DNA of 64,000 bases, from contig JAFGHI010000010.1 of NCBI GenBank assembly GCA_016930235.1, forward strand, positions 250 through 64,249. Reading direction: 5' to 3'. This DNA is from Candidatus Omnitrophota bacterium. GTDB lineage: Bacteria; Omnitrophota; Omnitrophia; Omnitrophales; Aquincolibacteriaceae. Shown here piece after piece: positions 45,901-54,232 of this stretch. The notes beneath the pieces are model-generated. The model ran no database searches and had not been told where the DNA came from. It saw only the letters and a list, made by a program, of their open reading frames with translations. How positions within the stretch are numbered: position 1 is the stretch's first letter; each line of letters begins with the position of its first letter. The position numbers and the translations under genes are program-made.

Positions 45901-48900
45901 GCAACCACAAATCCCGATAAACGGGATTGTTGATTTTTTGATCGAGCCAACCCGCAAATTCCCCGCGAAGACCTGTGAGATCTTCATCGCGAAATTCTGA
46001 ACGCAAGTTAACACCGGCGGCATCATCACCCGCCCATCTCAACATGGGCTCACCTGATTTCCTTTGTGCAATTTCAAGCCCCCCATTCCCCCAAGTAAAG
46101 AAAATCCCTTTCCACCACAAAGCAAGAGAAGAAACCAAAGCGAAATCCGCAAGAGCACTCGTTAAAAGATTATTCGATGAAGGATACTCCCGGACTTTTT
46201 CGATATCCCCGATTGCAAAACCTCCGCGCTTTAATAAATCCCGCTTAATCGAATTAACTTGGTAAATTTCTCTCCGTCCCTGAAACTCTTCACCTGGAGC
46301 AGGAGATCTCTTGATATCCTCGTAGTAATAATTCGGCGCTTTCTCTAAGGTCAAATCCAATCCGCCATTTTCGGCAATGGCTTTCTGTAATTCCATGGGA
46401 AGCGAAGATAATTCCTCAATCTGTTCACCGCCCAAAAAGTAAACTGTCCGAAGTTTCTCCCGACCTTCCTCCGGATGCCGCCACACAAAAGATATTGTCC
46501 AACGGTCCCTACCAAGCTCTAAGCGGTTAATCGTATAATCACGCACACCTAGTTCTTCTAAACTCATTAAGAAAAGGGTGCGAATATTGATGCCCAGAAA
46601 ACTCATTGTCAAGATGCCGTGAACGCCGCCCTCATCAACTCGCGATGCATGAACTCGTTCCCGTAAAAGGGGCTGATATTCCTCCCCTTCCTCAGAAACC
46701 TTCTCACCGAAGGTAGCCTGATCACTCATGATAAGCTGCGTTGCGTTCGTCGTAAAAAGAGCACGAATAACATCGAATCCCGAATTAAAATACCAGGCAA
46801 ATTTTTCTTCATTCTTCCGGTTGACCTTGGAGCGAATGGCATCCAAAAATTCATATTCACTAACCCGCATCCACTCGCTGTAGTCATGGGCGCGTCCTTC
46901 ATGGATCCAAGCCGCATCCGAAGTAATGGCCGGCTCCGCCCGCGCAGGCTTTCTTAACTCCGAACGGCCGAGAGATTTGCCGGCCACCGCCGGAACTTTC
47001 GTCTTCTGAATCTGCCGAGCGACAAGATTCCAGACCGTAAATTCATCGAGTTCAGATGTAAAAATTATCCGACGGCCGCCGTCGAAAACCAAAGGTTCAG
47101 CGGCCTTAAGCAAATAAGTGTTGTTGGCAACAACGTTGCGGACGGCCCGGATGTACCCCATAAAATGATCACTCCTCGCAGCAGATTGGGCTTGAGGGCT
47201 GCTGTTATAATAATTAGCCCAATAAAGAATTTGATCATTGTTCCCCTTTGGGAGCGGCACCGGGATAAGAAGGTACTTGATCCGCGCAAGAAAGACTGCG
47301 GCGGCGGGATGAACTTTTAAATACTCTTGGAAGTCGCGGGAACTTGCTTCTTGGCCGGACGCAAACCACCTGAGTGTTACCTCATCGACATCATAAAAAA
47401 TAGGCATGGCCATGGCGGTCCAGTCCTCACGCCCCAAAACCCGACTCAAGAGATATTCCGCCGATCCAGGTTCACCTCCATAGAATTCGTCGGTCTGCAA
47501 TTGATCGGACTCCACCACAAGGGTCCGGGTCAAAAGTTTTTGGATATTCTCCCGGTATTCGGGTGATTCCTCTGAATCCGTCAACGCCAGAACAGCATCG
47601 ACGATTTGAACAAGCGGAATGAGACGGGTTTCAAAGTCTAGTGCGTTTTTATCGATCTGAAGGCGGAGATTTTGATCCATCGGCGTAAGGGCAGTGACAT
47701 GTTCTTCTAAAGGCTGCTCTTCTTGAGGAGAAACTTCTAATGGAATTTCAAACGGTTTCGTAACAGCTGGCGTTTGCGGCACTACCGTTACGTCTGCTGG
47801 AGCTCCAGCCTCAAGAGGAGCCTGATCTAAGGGAGCAATAATGATGGAAGAGGGTTCTTTGACCGTACCCGCTGCAACTCTCGAAATTTGCCTATCGATG
47901 ACCAACACAAATCCAAACGCAAGAACCGCCAACATATATCCCGTGAATATATCGAAAACACGTTTCCCCGAACGATAAAACCAGTTCGTTCCCAATAGAA
48001 GAATTCCGCTCCCCGCAGCAAGAACGAAAACCGCCAGCAAAGGAACACCGAGATGGTGTCCAAAACGGACGATCATCGCCGAAGCCATCGTGAGTGAAAG
48101 AACCGTCATCAAACTTGATACTAAAAAATGTCGAACATTTTCCCAATCAATGATTCGCTTTAGCATCCTGAACTGGTCCGCTCTAAGTTCCGAACGTTCA
48201 CTTGTCTCAAGAGAAGACGTCTTTTCGATTTCTTGACGGACAAGACGCCAAACTTCGAATTCTTCAAGATCGCGCGGCAAAACCGCAATTCCATCGATCT
48301 CGATGGGTTGAGTTACGCTTAACGGATAACTCTTCCCCGCCACCTTTGCGCGGGCCGCTTTAATAATTGCGCCAAAGTTATCCACTTTGGCCGCCCGTTT
48401 AGCTTTTGGACTTCCGTTGTAGTAGATGGCCCAATAAAGAATTTGTTCATTTTCACCAAAAGGAATGGGCGAGCGAAAAAGCCGATATTTGACCCGAGCT
48501 AAAAAGATTGAAGCTGCAGGATGGGTGCGCAGATATTCTCTCAATTCCCGTGAACTTTTGTCCTTGCTCGACGCAAATCGCCGGATCGTCGTTTCATCCA
48601 CATCATAAAAAACACGTTGGACAATAGCCTTCCAATCCGCCCGCTGTAAAATCCGGGTCAAAAGATATTCCGCCGTTCCGGACCCGTCTCCGATATTAAC
48701 TTCAACGTTGGCCACACCCGCCCCGGGGCCTCCCCGATATTGTTCGTCGGCCCGCAGTTGATCCGATTCCACCACAACGGTTCGGGTAAGAAGCTTACGG
48801 ACATTTTCCCGGTATTCCGGCGATTTATCGGAATCTATGAGTGCTACAATTGCGTCAACAATCTTAACGAGAGGAATCAAGCGGGTTTCAAAATTCTTGG

Positions 48901-51900
48901 CGTTTTTATCGATTATAAGGCGGAGGTATTCATCAATCTGTTCATCGGTGAGAGCCGCCTTTCCAATACTGCTCTGCTCCCCTTGCAGAACCCGCTTTAC
49001 GGCTTCAATCACATTCGGTTCGGGAATATCACGAATGGGGGCAACGGGTGCTGCTTTTTCAATGGAGGCAGGTGCTATTTCCGGAGGAGGCCTCGGGGCT
49101 TCAGGCGTAGTTGTTCGGCTTATTCCGACTTCCTGTCGAGCTTGGACATCCCTAACATCCTTCATATGCAGGAACGATACGACTCCAAAGGTGAGAACAA
49201 AACTTAAAAGGCCTACCATGATATTCGAAAAGCGCTCACCCAATTTGAGTTTCCTGCCGGTAAAATAAAGGAAATACGCAAAACCGGCCAAAAGGAAAAA
49301 AACAGCCGCCGGAGAAACTCCCAAGTCGTATATGGCTGGAATACCCAAGACCGGCACACCGAATAAAACAGATAAATCAAAAACCAAAGACGCCAGGTAT
49401 TTCGTCAGCCGGATATCCCATGATTCTTTTTTAGCGATTGCTTTTTCCGCCCGCAGCTCGGATCTCTGTAATGGTCCAAAAATCGCATCAACTTTTTCCC
49501 TTATAACACCGGCATAAGCAAATGCCTGGAATTGATCAAATACCCCCAATCGTTTCGCCGCGTTATAAGCCGGCACATGCACTTTACCCACCTTGTCACT
49601 TACAAGTATGAGAAACATTTCTTGTTGATACATAAAAGCAGAGCCTTTAAAAATTTTAGCCATGAGAACAGCGCCCACCATAAAATCGCCCCAAAGCTCT
49701 CCCCATTGGACCACAACCTCGGGAGTAATTGCTTCATCCGTAAAAATAGCCTCCATCAAATCCATAGCACCTGAAAGCTTTCCTAAAACCTCAACGGACC
49801 AACTATAATCTAGCGCCTGCGCTCTTAGGGCCTCATTGTCAGAAGCAAGGGAGTAATTCATCAACATCAAAAGGGTATTAGCCGCACTGACTCGAATTAG
49901 CGGCATTGCAGTTCCATCCCCTACGAGATCACGCAAATCATTCATCACCTGAAGCGCATCCATACCACTTTGACTTAAAGCCAAACCTCTGCCGGTCAAT
50001 TCACGCAAGGCATCTTGCCGCGCCTTCACATCGATACCCTTGTTTTTCGCATTCGCAAGCAAATCCTGAATCTCCGCCCGCAGTTCGGAGCGGGTATCTG
50101 CGGAAACTGCTTCTACTTCTCCTCGGCGCAGTTTGCCTTCATAAATCAAAACACGGGCTTGGAGAGGATTTAATCGATGAATTGCATCAAGGGCTTTGGG
50201 TAAAATATCAAGCCATTGGAGCGTTTTTCCGGCCCTCTTGATGCTAATTCGTCGCTCATAGAGTTTGGCATCCGGCCATGTCTCCCACTCGGCAATCCTT
50301 TCCAACGTATCCTGCACCCACATCTCGGGATTAAAACCAAAAATTAAACTCTCCGTTTGTTCTTCAATTTCGTTACGCGATAATTCCATAGCAGCTTGGA
50401 TTCGACCTTGGAGGCGTTCCTCAATGGATTGGATTTCGATCACGGCTGCATCCACATTTGGGTTCATCGCATAGATACTCCCTCCCAAAATATTGGTAAC
50501 TTGGACAAGATTGATCTGTAATCTTTGTAAACTTGTAAGCTCCCTGACGTCATCATCACGGACATCCCCTTCAAGATGAGTCCCTAAGACACGCAGCTGA
50601 ACCAAGACATCCGGCAGAAGAGCCCCGTTTAACTGATCGATTCTTTCTGCAATCGCCGCACCCTCTGTAAGCTCCTGCTCGAGAACCCGTTGAAGCCGGT
50701 CAATAGCCACATCCGCATTGATCAATGCAAGAAAATAATCGTTGATAAGCGATTGCCTTAATTCTGAACGGCCCGACACAAGCACCGACTCACGCATCCT
50801 GGCTTCAACCATCAAGTTGCGCAGTGTTTGCTCTAATTGTTTAACTTCCGCCGGGTCTTTAGAATCAAGATACGGCATCATCAATTCCGAAAGCTGGACC
50901 ATGCGGTAAATCGCAAAAAGAAGATCTGGCATATCCATCTCTTGGATGGCCTGTTTTGAAGGTAATCGCGTTACTGCCTCTTGAATAACGGACTTCTCGA
51001 TTGGCTTATCATCACCAATGTTGGCCACTGCTTTGATCTGCTCAAGCCAAAGGTCCAGGACTCCTCTCACATTATCCAAGATCGCTATTTTCTCCTCGAA
51101 AGCAGGCTCTCTTTGATAAAAGCTCATCTTTGTAAGATCACTCAATGCTAAATTAAACTGGCTTATCTTTCCGGACAGTCTTCGCAAAAACCAGTAAAGA
51201 GCACCCGCGTCAACAACGTCTCCTTGTATCCCGTCCCACAAAAGATTCATGACAAGCACGATTGATTGAATCACCCCGTGCAACCGGGTCTCTGTTAGCT
51301 CTTTCTGGTATTGCCGGGCCTCCTCATCCATGATGATCTTCTCCCCGATTGCCTTGTCAGCCAAAGTGAGCTCCTCCCCGATGATCTTCATGGTTTCTAA
51401 ACCGTTTACCACAAATGCTCTCCGACTTTCCGTCTGACTGAGATCAATCGCCGATGCCCCCTTGTCAACGGACATAAAACCTTGCTTCTGAAACTGAAGA
51501 ATCCTCAACGAGAGAACCCTCGAACGAAGCTTCGCGGCGTAGCTTCCGATAATTTCCATCTTTGCCTTAAGGGCTGCACTCGTCGCCCCTAAAGGCATCC
51601 GTGAGCCTCTGGATAGAGTTTCCAGGCACATAATCAACCCCTCAAATCCTTCAATCAACGGAATTTCACTTTCATGAACCGGAACCGGCGGTTCCCCTAA
51701 AAGTTGGTCAAAAACACTCAAAGCATCCAGAACACGAGTCAGATGCGGCTCAAACATACCCTGTAACATCTGCAGGATGAGCGGATCGCTTAGATTCTGC
51801 CGGCTAAAAGACATCGTCGCATCTAACGCTAATCGCGAGGATGAAAGTGCTCTCGCTAAATGCCGGGCCATTTGCTGGCTCGTCATACTCCGCAGTTCAG

Positions 51901-53959
51901 AGCGACCGGGGACTTGATCTAGGGTATCAATTTGGACCGGGATCCCCTGCAATCCACTAGGAACAACACCTTCTGATACTAAACGGCGTTCAACACCTAA
52001 GTGAGGCAAAACACCTGCAGGAAGTTTGGAAAGGTTAATGGCATCGCCGGCCGCAAGAACGGGGTAAGTAAAACCATCGGAGGTCGTGGCTGTCTGGAGA
52101 AGATTCAAGATATTTTGTTCGGTGAGGTCGCCTTGGGCGTCCAGATCGCGGATCCCTTGAATGAAACGTTCGATATTCTGAAGCCATTTTTGACGGAGTT
52201 TTTGGATGCTTTCTTCATCCAGGATTTCATCGATAAAGAGGGTATACTTCCCTGCTTGATCTAATCTCTTTTGGCCTGCCAAATCTCGGACAATTTGATC
52301 ACGCCAATGTTTTAAAAGGGTGCCGGGGTCTTCACCGCTTTCCTCAACCAGCTTATCGCGAGTCGAACGGATAAAGGCTTTGTAAATATTGATTCGGTCA
52401 TTCTCGACCCGGAAATACCCTTTCCAAGCCACCTCACCCCGCATATTTTGGCGGTAACTCGTTTCATCAGGAACCGAACTGATTCTTGGCATTACCAGAA
52501 CATAAGAAATTCCCTCTTGGCGGAAACGCTCAGTCAAACCTTCGGTATGAAAACCGCCAGCGATTAGGACACTGGAACTGTGTGAAGAGTAAAGAGTATC
52601 TCGTGAAGAGCTGCTCTGCATCTTTTGAATCAAATTTTGGTAAAAAGCCTGATCACGCGCTTCGGCTGTTTGATAAAAAGCGATGTGATGTTTTAAATCG
52701 TCTTGTCCCAGAGGGATTTCCTCAAATTCTTGACCTTGGATTATAGTTTCGATACGTTTCCAATCCTCATAGCCGATATTCAATTTTGCGAGCCTCGTAA
52801 GGAGATCCAGATGAAGGCCTCTGCGGTTAAGGTCCCGTTCAAGGTCAGTTCGGTAGAATTTCTCCTTCACGGATTCTGTATACGCCTGGAATTCCTTAAA
52901 AAGCCTTGTGCCGCGAAGATCCTTCATCCTCAGCTGATTTTGCATAAGGGGCTTAAGAGTGTTTGACACTTCAAGAGAAATCCCCTTTTCTTCGATGAGC
53001 TCCTTCATGAATAGCGCAAAGGCTTCGGGAGTTATTTGGGATATCTGAAAGGCCTGCCGTTTTTTATGAAAACGTTTAAGGTCCTCACGCCCGCCATTTG
53101 TCGAATCACCTTGATGCAAGAAATCCTCGACTTTTTCGGCAAGGGCCATGACTTCCCGGTCTAAATGAACGCGGTCCACGAATTGATTTTCGTATTCCCC
53201 CAAAATCAAATCGAGCTCGGACCCTTTGGCCAGCTTCTGATAATTTGAAAGTTTCTTCAGAACGGTTATGAAGGTTTCCAAATTTTCACCAAAATCCTGA
53301 AGCAAGCGATCGATCGCGAGAAGTTCTTCGGGATACGTGTTTTGTTTTTCTTCTTGAAGCCCTTTTTCCGCAATTGAAATTCTCCGGAGGAAGTCTTCTT
53401 CTTTCCCTGCCGCCTGAAGAAAATAGGCCAGCCCTTGTTCATAGAGATCCCAATTCTCAATCCCCTCATATTGGCCCTCGACATGGTTAAGAATCGCGGC
53501 AGCCGTACTTCCTGTAAGCTCCCCTTTTTCGTGATAATCATTTAATACCTTTTTTAATAATTCCTGATCCGGAAAACTTCTGAGGATCTGAGGATCCAAT
53601 CGGCTAGCAGCACCTTCTAAAGCGATGAGGTCCACACCGTAAGTCTCTTGAAAATATCCGATAAGCCTTTGAATATTTAGCTGAGCTTCAGGAATAGCGT
53701 GGGCATCTTGAATAAGGACAACGGTCTGATCGTTTTGGCCTTGATACCTTTCAAGAACCTCTCCGATCTTTTCCGGGATTTCGATCTTTGAAATTTCAAA
53801 GGGTATAGATTTCTCTAATTTTTTGTCAGCCAAAGGTAAGAGATTTCCCGAGGCGTATACAGGCAAACTTAGATGGTTCGTCACAAAGAAAGTCATGACG
53901 ACTATTAAAGCCACTGATTTAATGAGTGTAGACCTCTCCTGCATGAAGTCTCCCTTCAT
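39968..53959 (-). CDS. Giant 4663-aa multi-module protein punctuated by RSELR motifs
   Basis: Uninterrupted 14 kb ORF; signal-like N-terminus, internal TM clusters, duplicated module, PEP-utilizer motifs. Confidence 0.92.
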   Translation of the reverse strand: MKGDFMQERSTLIKSVALIVVMTFFVTNHLSLPVYASGNLLPLADKKLEKSIPFEISKIEIPEKIGEVLERYQGQNDQTVVLIQDAHAIPEAQLNIQRLIGYFQETYGVDLIALEGAASRLDPQILRSFPDQELLKKVLNDYHEKGELTGSTAAAILNHVEGQYEGIENWDLYEQGLAYFLQAAGKEEDFLRRISIAEKGLQEEKQNTYPEELLAIDRLLQDFGENLETFITVLKKLSNYQKLAKGSELDLILGEYENQFVDRVHLDREVMALAEKVEDFLHQGDSTNGGREDLKRFHKKRQAFQISQITPEAFALFMKELIEEKGISLEVSNTLKPLMQNQLRMKDLRGTRLFKEFQAYTESVKEKFYRTDLERDLNRRGLHLDLLTRLAKLNIGYEDWKRIETIIQGQEFEEIPLGQDDLKHHIAFYQTAEARDQAFYQNLIQKMQSSSSRDTLYSSHSSSVLIAGGFHTEGLTERFRQEGISYVLVMPRISSVPDETSYRQNMRGEVAWKGYFRVENDRINIYKAFIRSTRDKLVEESGEDPGTLLKHWRDQIVRDLAGQKRLDQAGKYTLFIDEILDEESIQKLRQKWLQNIERFIQGIRDLDAQGDLTEQNILNLLQTATTSDGFTYPVLAAGDAINLSKLPAGVLPHLGVERRLVSEGVVPSGLQGIPVQIDTLDQVPGRSELRSMTSQQMARHLARALSSSRLALDATMSFSRQNLSDPLILQMLQGMFEPHLTRVLDALSVFDQLLGEPPVPVHESEIPLIEGFEGLIMCLETLSRGSRMPLGATSAALKAKMEIIGSYAAKLRSRVLSLRILQFQKQGFMSVDKGASAIDLSQTESRRAFVVNGLETMKIIGEELTLADKAIGEKIIMDEEARQYQKELTETRLHGVIQSIVLVMNLLWDGIQGDVVDAGALYWFLRRLSGKISQFNLALSDLTKMSFYQREPAFEEKIAILDNVRGVLDLWLEQIKAVANIGDDKPIEKSVIQEAVTRLPSKQAIQEMDMPDLLFAIYRMVQLSELMMPYLDSKDPAEVKQLEQTLRNLMVEARMRESVLVSGRSELRQSLINDYFLALINADVAIDRLQRVLEQELTEGAAIAERIDQLNGALLPDVLVQLRVLGTHLEGDVRDDDVRELTSLQRLQINLVQVTNILGGSIYAMNPNVDAAVIEIQSIEERLQGRIQAAMELSRNEIEEQTESLIFGFNPEMWVQDTLERIAEWETWPDAKLYERRISIKRAGKTLQWLDILPKALDAIHRLNPLQARVLIYEGKLRRGEVEAVSADTRSELRAEIQDLLANAKNKGIDVKARQDALRELTGRGLALSQSGMDALQVMNDLRDLVGDGTAMPLIRVSAANTLLMLMNYSLASDNEALRAQALDYSWSVEVLGKLSGAMDLMEAIFTDEAITPEVVVQWGELWGDFMVGAVLMAKIFKGSAFMYQQEMFLILVSDKVGKVHVPAYNAAKRLGVFDQFQAFAYAGVIREKVDAIFGPLQRSELRAEKAIAKKESWDIRLTKYLASLVFDLSVLFGVPVLGIPAIYDLGVSPAAVFFLLAGFAYFLYFTGRKLKLGERFSNIMVGLLSFVLTFGVVSFLHMKDVRDVQARQEVGISRTTTPEAPRPPPEIAPASIEKAAPVAPIRDIPEPNVIEAVKRVLQGEQSSIGKAALTDEQIDEYLRLIIDKNAKNFETRLIPLVKIVDAIVALIDSDKSPEYRENVRKLLTRTVVVESDQLRADEQYRGGPGAGVANVEVNIGDGSGTAEYLLTRILQRADWKAIVQRVFYDVDETTIRRFASSKDKSSRELREYLRTHPAASIFLARVKYRLFRSPIPFGENEQILYWAIYYNGSPKAKRAAKVDNFGAIIKAARAKVAGKSYPLSVTQPIEIDGIAVLPRDLEEFEVWRLVRQEIEKTSSLETSERSELRADQFRMLKRIIDWENVRHFLVSSLMTVLSLTMASAMIVRFGHHLGVPLLAVFVLAAGSGILLLGTNWFYRSGKRVFDIFTGYMLAVLAFGFVLVIDRQISRVAAGTVKEPSSIIIAPLDQAPLEAGAPADVTVVPQTPAVTKPFEIPLEVSPQEEQPLEEHVTALTPMDQNLRLQIDKNALDFETRLIPLVQIVDAVLALTDSEESPEYRENIQKLLTRTLVVESDQLQTDEFYGGEPGSAEYLLSRVLGREDWTAMAMPIFYDVDEVTLRWFASGQEASSRDFQEYLKVHPAAAVFLARIKYLLIPVPLPKGNNDQILYWANYYNSSPQAQSAARSDHFMGYIRAVRNVVANNTYLLKAAEPLVFDGGRRIIFTSELDEFTVWNLVARQIQKTKVPAVAGKSLGRSELRKPARAEPAITSDAAWIHEGRAHDYSEWMRVSEYEFLDAIRSKVNRKNEEKFAWYFNSGFDVIRALFTTNATQLIMSDQATFGEKVSEEGEEYQPLLRERVHASRVDEGGVHGILTMSFLGINIRTLFLMSLEELGVRDYTINRLELGRDRWTISFVWRHPEEGREKLRTVYFLGGEQIEELSSLPMELQKAIAENGGLDLTLEKAPNYYYEDIKRSPAPGEEFQGRREIYQVNSIKRDLLKRGGFAIGDIEKVREYPSSNNLLTSALADFALVSSLALWWKGIFFTWGNGGLEIAQRKSGEPMLRWAGDDAAGVNLRSEFRDEDLTGLRGEFAGWLDQKINNPVYRDLWLRLSNDAEITEILEDEDLNIQERIQEVVDVLDEDMLYNSIFAAGFRWFLVGSMTAMAGIVFLIRVAISWDEGNIPFALSCSVLTLMAAIAVTLSYQVIRSWRWRIELLIHHLQQFAIHQRYVDVPSVPVQAESKSQRSELRTGPNNLILRGSSPAMNVIASGEIVTWEREAKRVNFSLVRPFDTPREAAQKVENEVHALTNIWRRVLDESERQMSLGEQMQEVLGLLLEEAIYRVRHQESRSDEVLRQMLDEMKRELAEQTAPAPTTVYAMGFIQGSVIPALVNREDFIHLPDEDHNKKVREVLIQTAKDRLMTKVFDLFLNLPFGLNTDDSKLADGQKEASYTRRRMFADNTVYGMTIDEHGRPKTIKMDVFERLAYHLDKGKTPQKALQIIIDLLNAHIANFRNLPSGELFKRMIQVNEELRGYVESIQEDLDTYDYIFEMSDLEEEVQVKKEEEVRRHEEVMVDVLDQFLDAITASYEAEIQKRISAMVKKKEDEASIAAVDRTLHEEAHTNIEKWKAWVKRFDFQVRQDILKTGRSIEYLTALFYMRHFMDLRAQQTFENEAGVLERFWEGHKKIVLEMPLEGEVPAEMEFLPPGVVTQIRQWVGEEQQHAVEEILRMIFDEISRRVRENRQHAAEVFQNVLDEIRSGQWERIQPDDPFQAGIISYFQETMIPMFNAYADNRGGEGRRVNDVEPEALEFLMRYYDRARFGPTQQVDRDLVVFAKTIENERDLYHLLSSLRGHGRVVAIVSPGGTSLSHWVTFARDLGIVVIPAADFEAAGLEFSKETLQGWAMADGREGFVVLRPDYQTRDTWFARRESYADLDAFFLARADEPVFFAGREILFYVDDTKPEDFQRRAELRSIVERHGGKGVGLFRTEQLAAHPGWQGIENDRVRFAQTIQGILMQPFFQVRRPFIVRIFDVQMDKRPKILTEGRKPDEVRRILEIPLEEGRNRLGVRFYLDKEGTHPHYGDLFKQFREFGKMQLMVFFQAQVAAYNRLEELAREGKGPQPEVNLHILIPDIIDQRDINGILELIEEAKTEYLSGIVEEEQEKARQIINQILIGFMFEKENAMISPDADFYAVGSNDLMVSINQVGRDDPKAQKKLRQLHPNLVGKIAEVAASMNSKGKWVTVDGVWGGSRRLLLALLALRLIRPEIEVYQVAETNQVPEMLEFVRNTTPEEIESQIKPLVERILAGGEQMPSVDEFDQAVSRLQNTIQDRILQGNVFQRFKIARRQRPRSELREISDISSQVQAKSISPDAVQPVPEVERVPAEQPQRQQPYQQQPGLSETSQVSEVGGTVDISIGSRLRDSLNSFLGLTGTEKTVVLTGESDLSQYQNPQWKESQDIVFSILTKGTVVETNETDVAWLVLNPGGRFISIQEEPFTVSDLQAFKALKWSDVQRGTLLDDNRQYHYLVATKSFRGPGIPQTEEVRSELRQEMPIREVFDILYEKGLLRQNERFVVMGEKAASTFAEEYKRTAKPPAPRVMTLDALDQDIAGYPEKGIADFNEGGWNEASYREQFLRLFELVKSRPDMQQGVSVYLPLPERPQMSEGYRVSNPLWDAFEIFTEVLVGIAADSGVQIEYHLRNPLLPGIGKIEIMLPLASWQQIRLQKQGQSLLQAKPKPEPALKKLAVMKKPEGWDGTWTPEELYGTPMEPRSELRLTWVDSALTIARSLIPAEALAADFVLPDQSEVLSAVRPIVAHQIDGAELEQVLKRAVEIAVEELLSRQGFGTAFEDRPEVYSMTSKIAERAVRDLVTFMQQVADTYQGKVTLGLDIPELKDGISRLDRESAIGQYGDIIRSYFLRGELDRFAILGDKKAANALIQVLKSIPIPFTAASSPRQVTILNSGQNVLPVMEFSDEILMEQTAQVLPVGIRLTSEAKLESQVLGRMTQTAFAFASALMARTSTDAKNVQAELLKAVYLFRQMGEGPENQIIVFDSEGRPIVNVSAIDRLLRQEVQAALQIQKAA
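46967..49465 (-). repeat. Intragenic tandem duplication: two paralogous modules of about 410-420 aa
   Basis: Shared IDKNA..FETRLIPLV.IVDA, YREN..KLLTRT.VVESDQL, FYDVDE, HPAA..FLAR.KY, QILYWA.YYN. Confidence 0.9.
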
Positions 53960-54232
53960 TGGTCTTTACTTTATTAATTAGCCAAACCCGACAGATCTAA
54001 CTTGCCAAAACTCAAGTGTTTGAGCCTAGTTATGCGTACTATTAAAGTTTACACAATATTTTAGAAAGTTCAAAAAAAAACGCATAGTACGATCTAGCAT
54101 GATATAACGCATTCTTGCATGAGATAACACTACGGTTAATTGTGGAGATTCTGGGTTTTAATGGAGCAGAAACGGGGTTATTTTCCTTAAAAAATACGTT
54201 TGACTTTCATCTCAAAAAACGCTTCTAACGCC

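Noticed and set aside
40898-51904. RSELR-coding 15-mers as a DNA repeat, CRISPR array or recombination site
   Set aside because: Synonymous codons vary, spacing is irregular (0.5-3.3 kb) and flanks are unrelated; no cas or integrase gene is adjacent
53500-53515. TAAA near the giant protein N-terminus as a LapG dialanine cleavage site
   Set aside because: It lies inside the predicted catalytic domain, and such short motifs are common
54028-54090. Short inverted repeat TATGCGT/ACGCATA upstream of the giant gene
   Set aside because: Only 7 bp with a long AT-rich spacer; no further support
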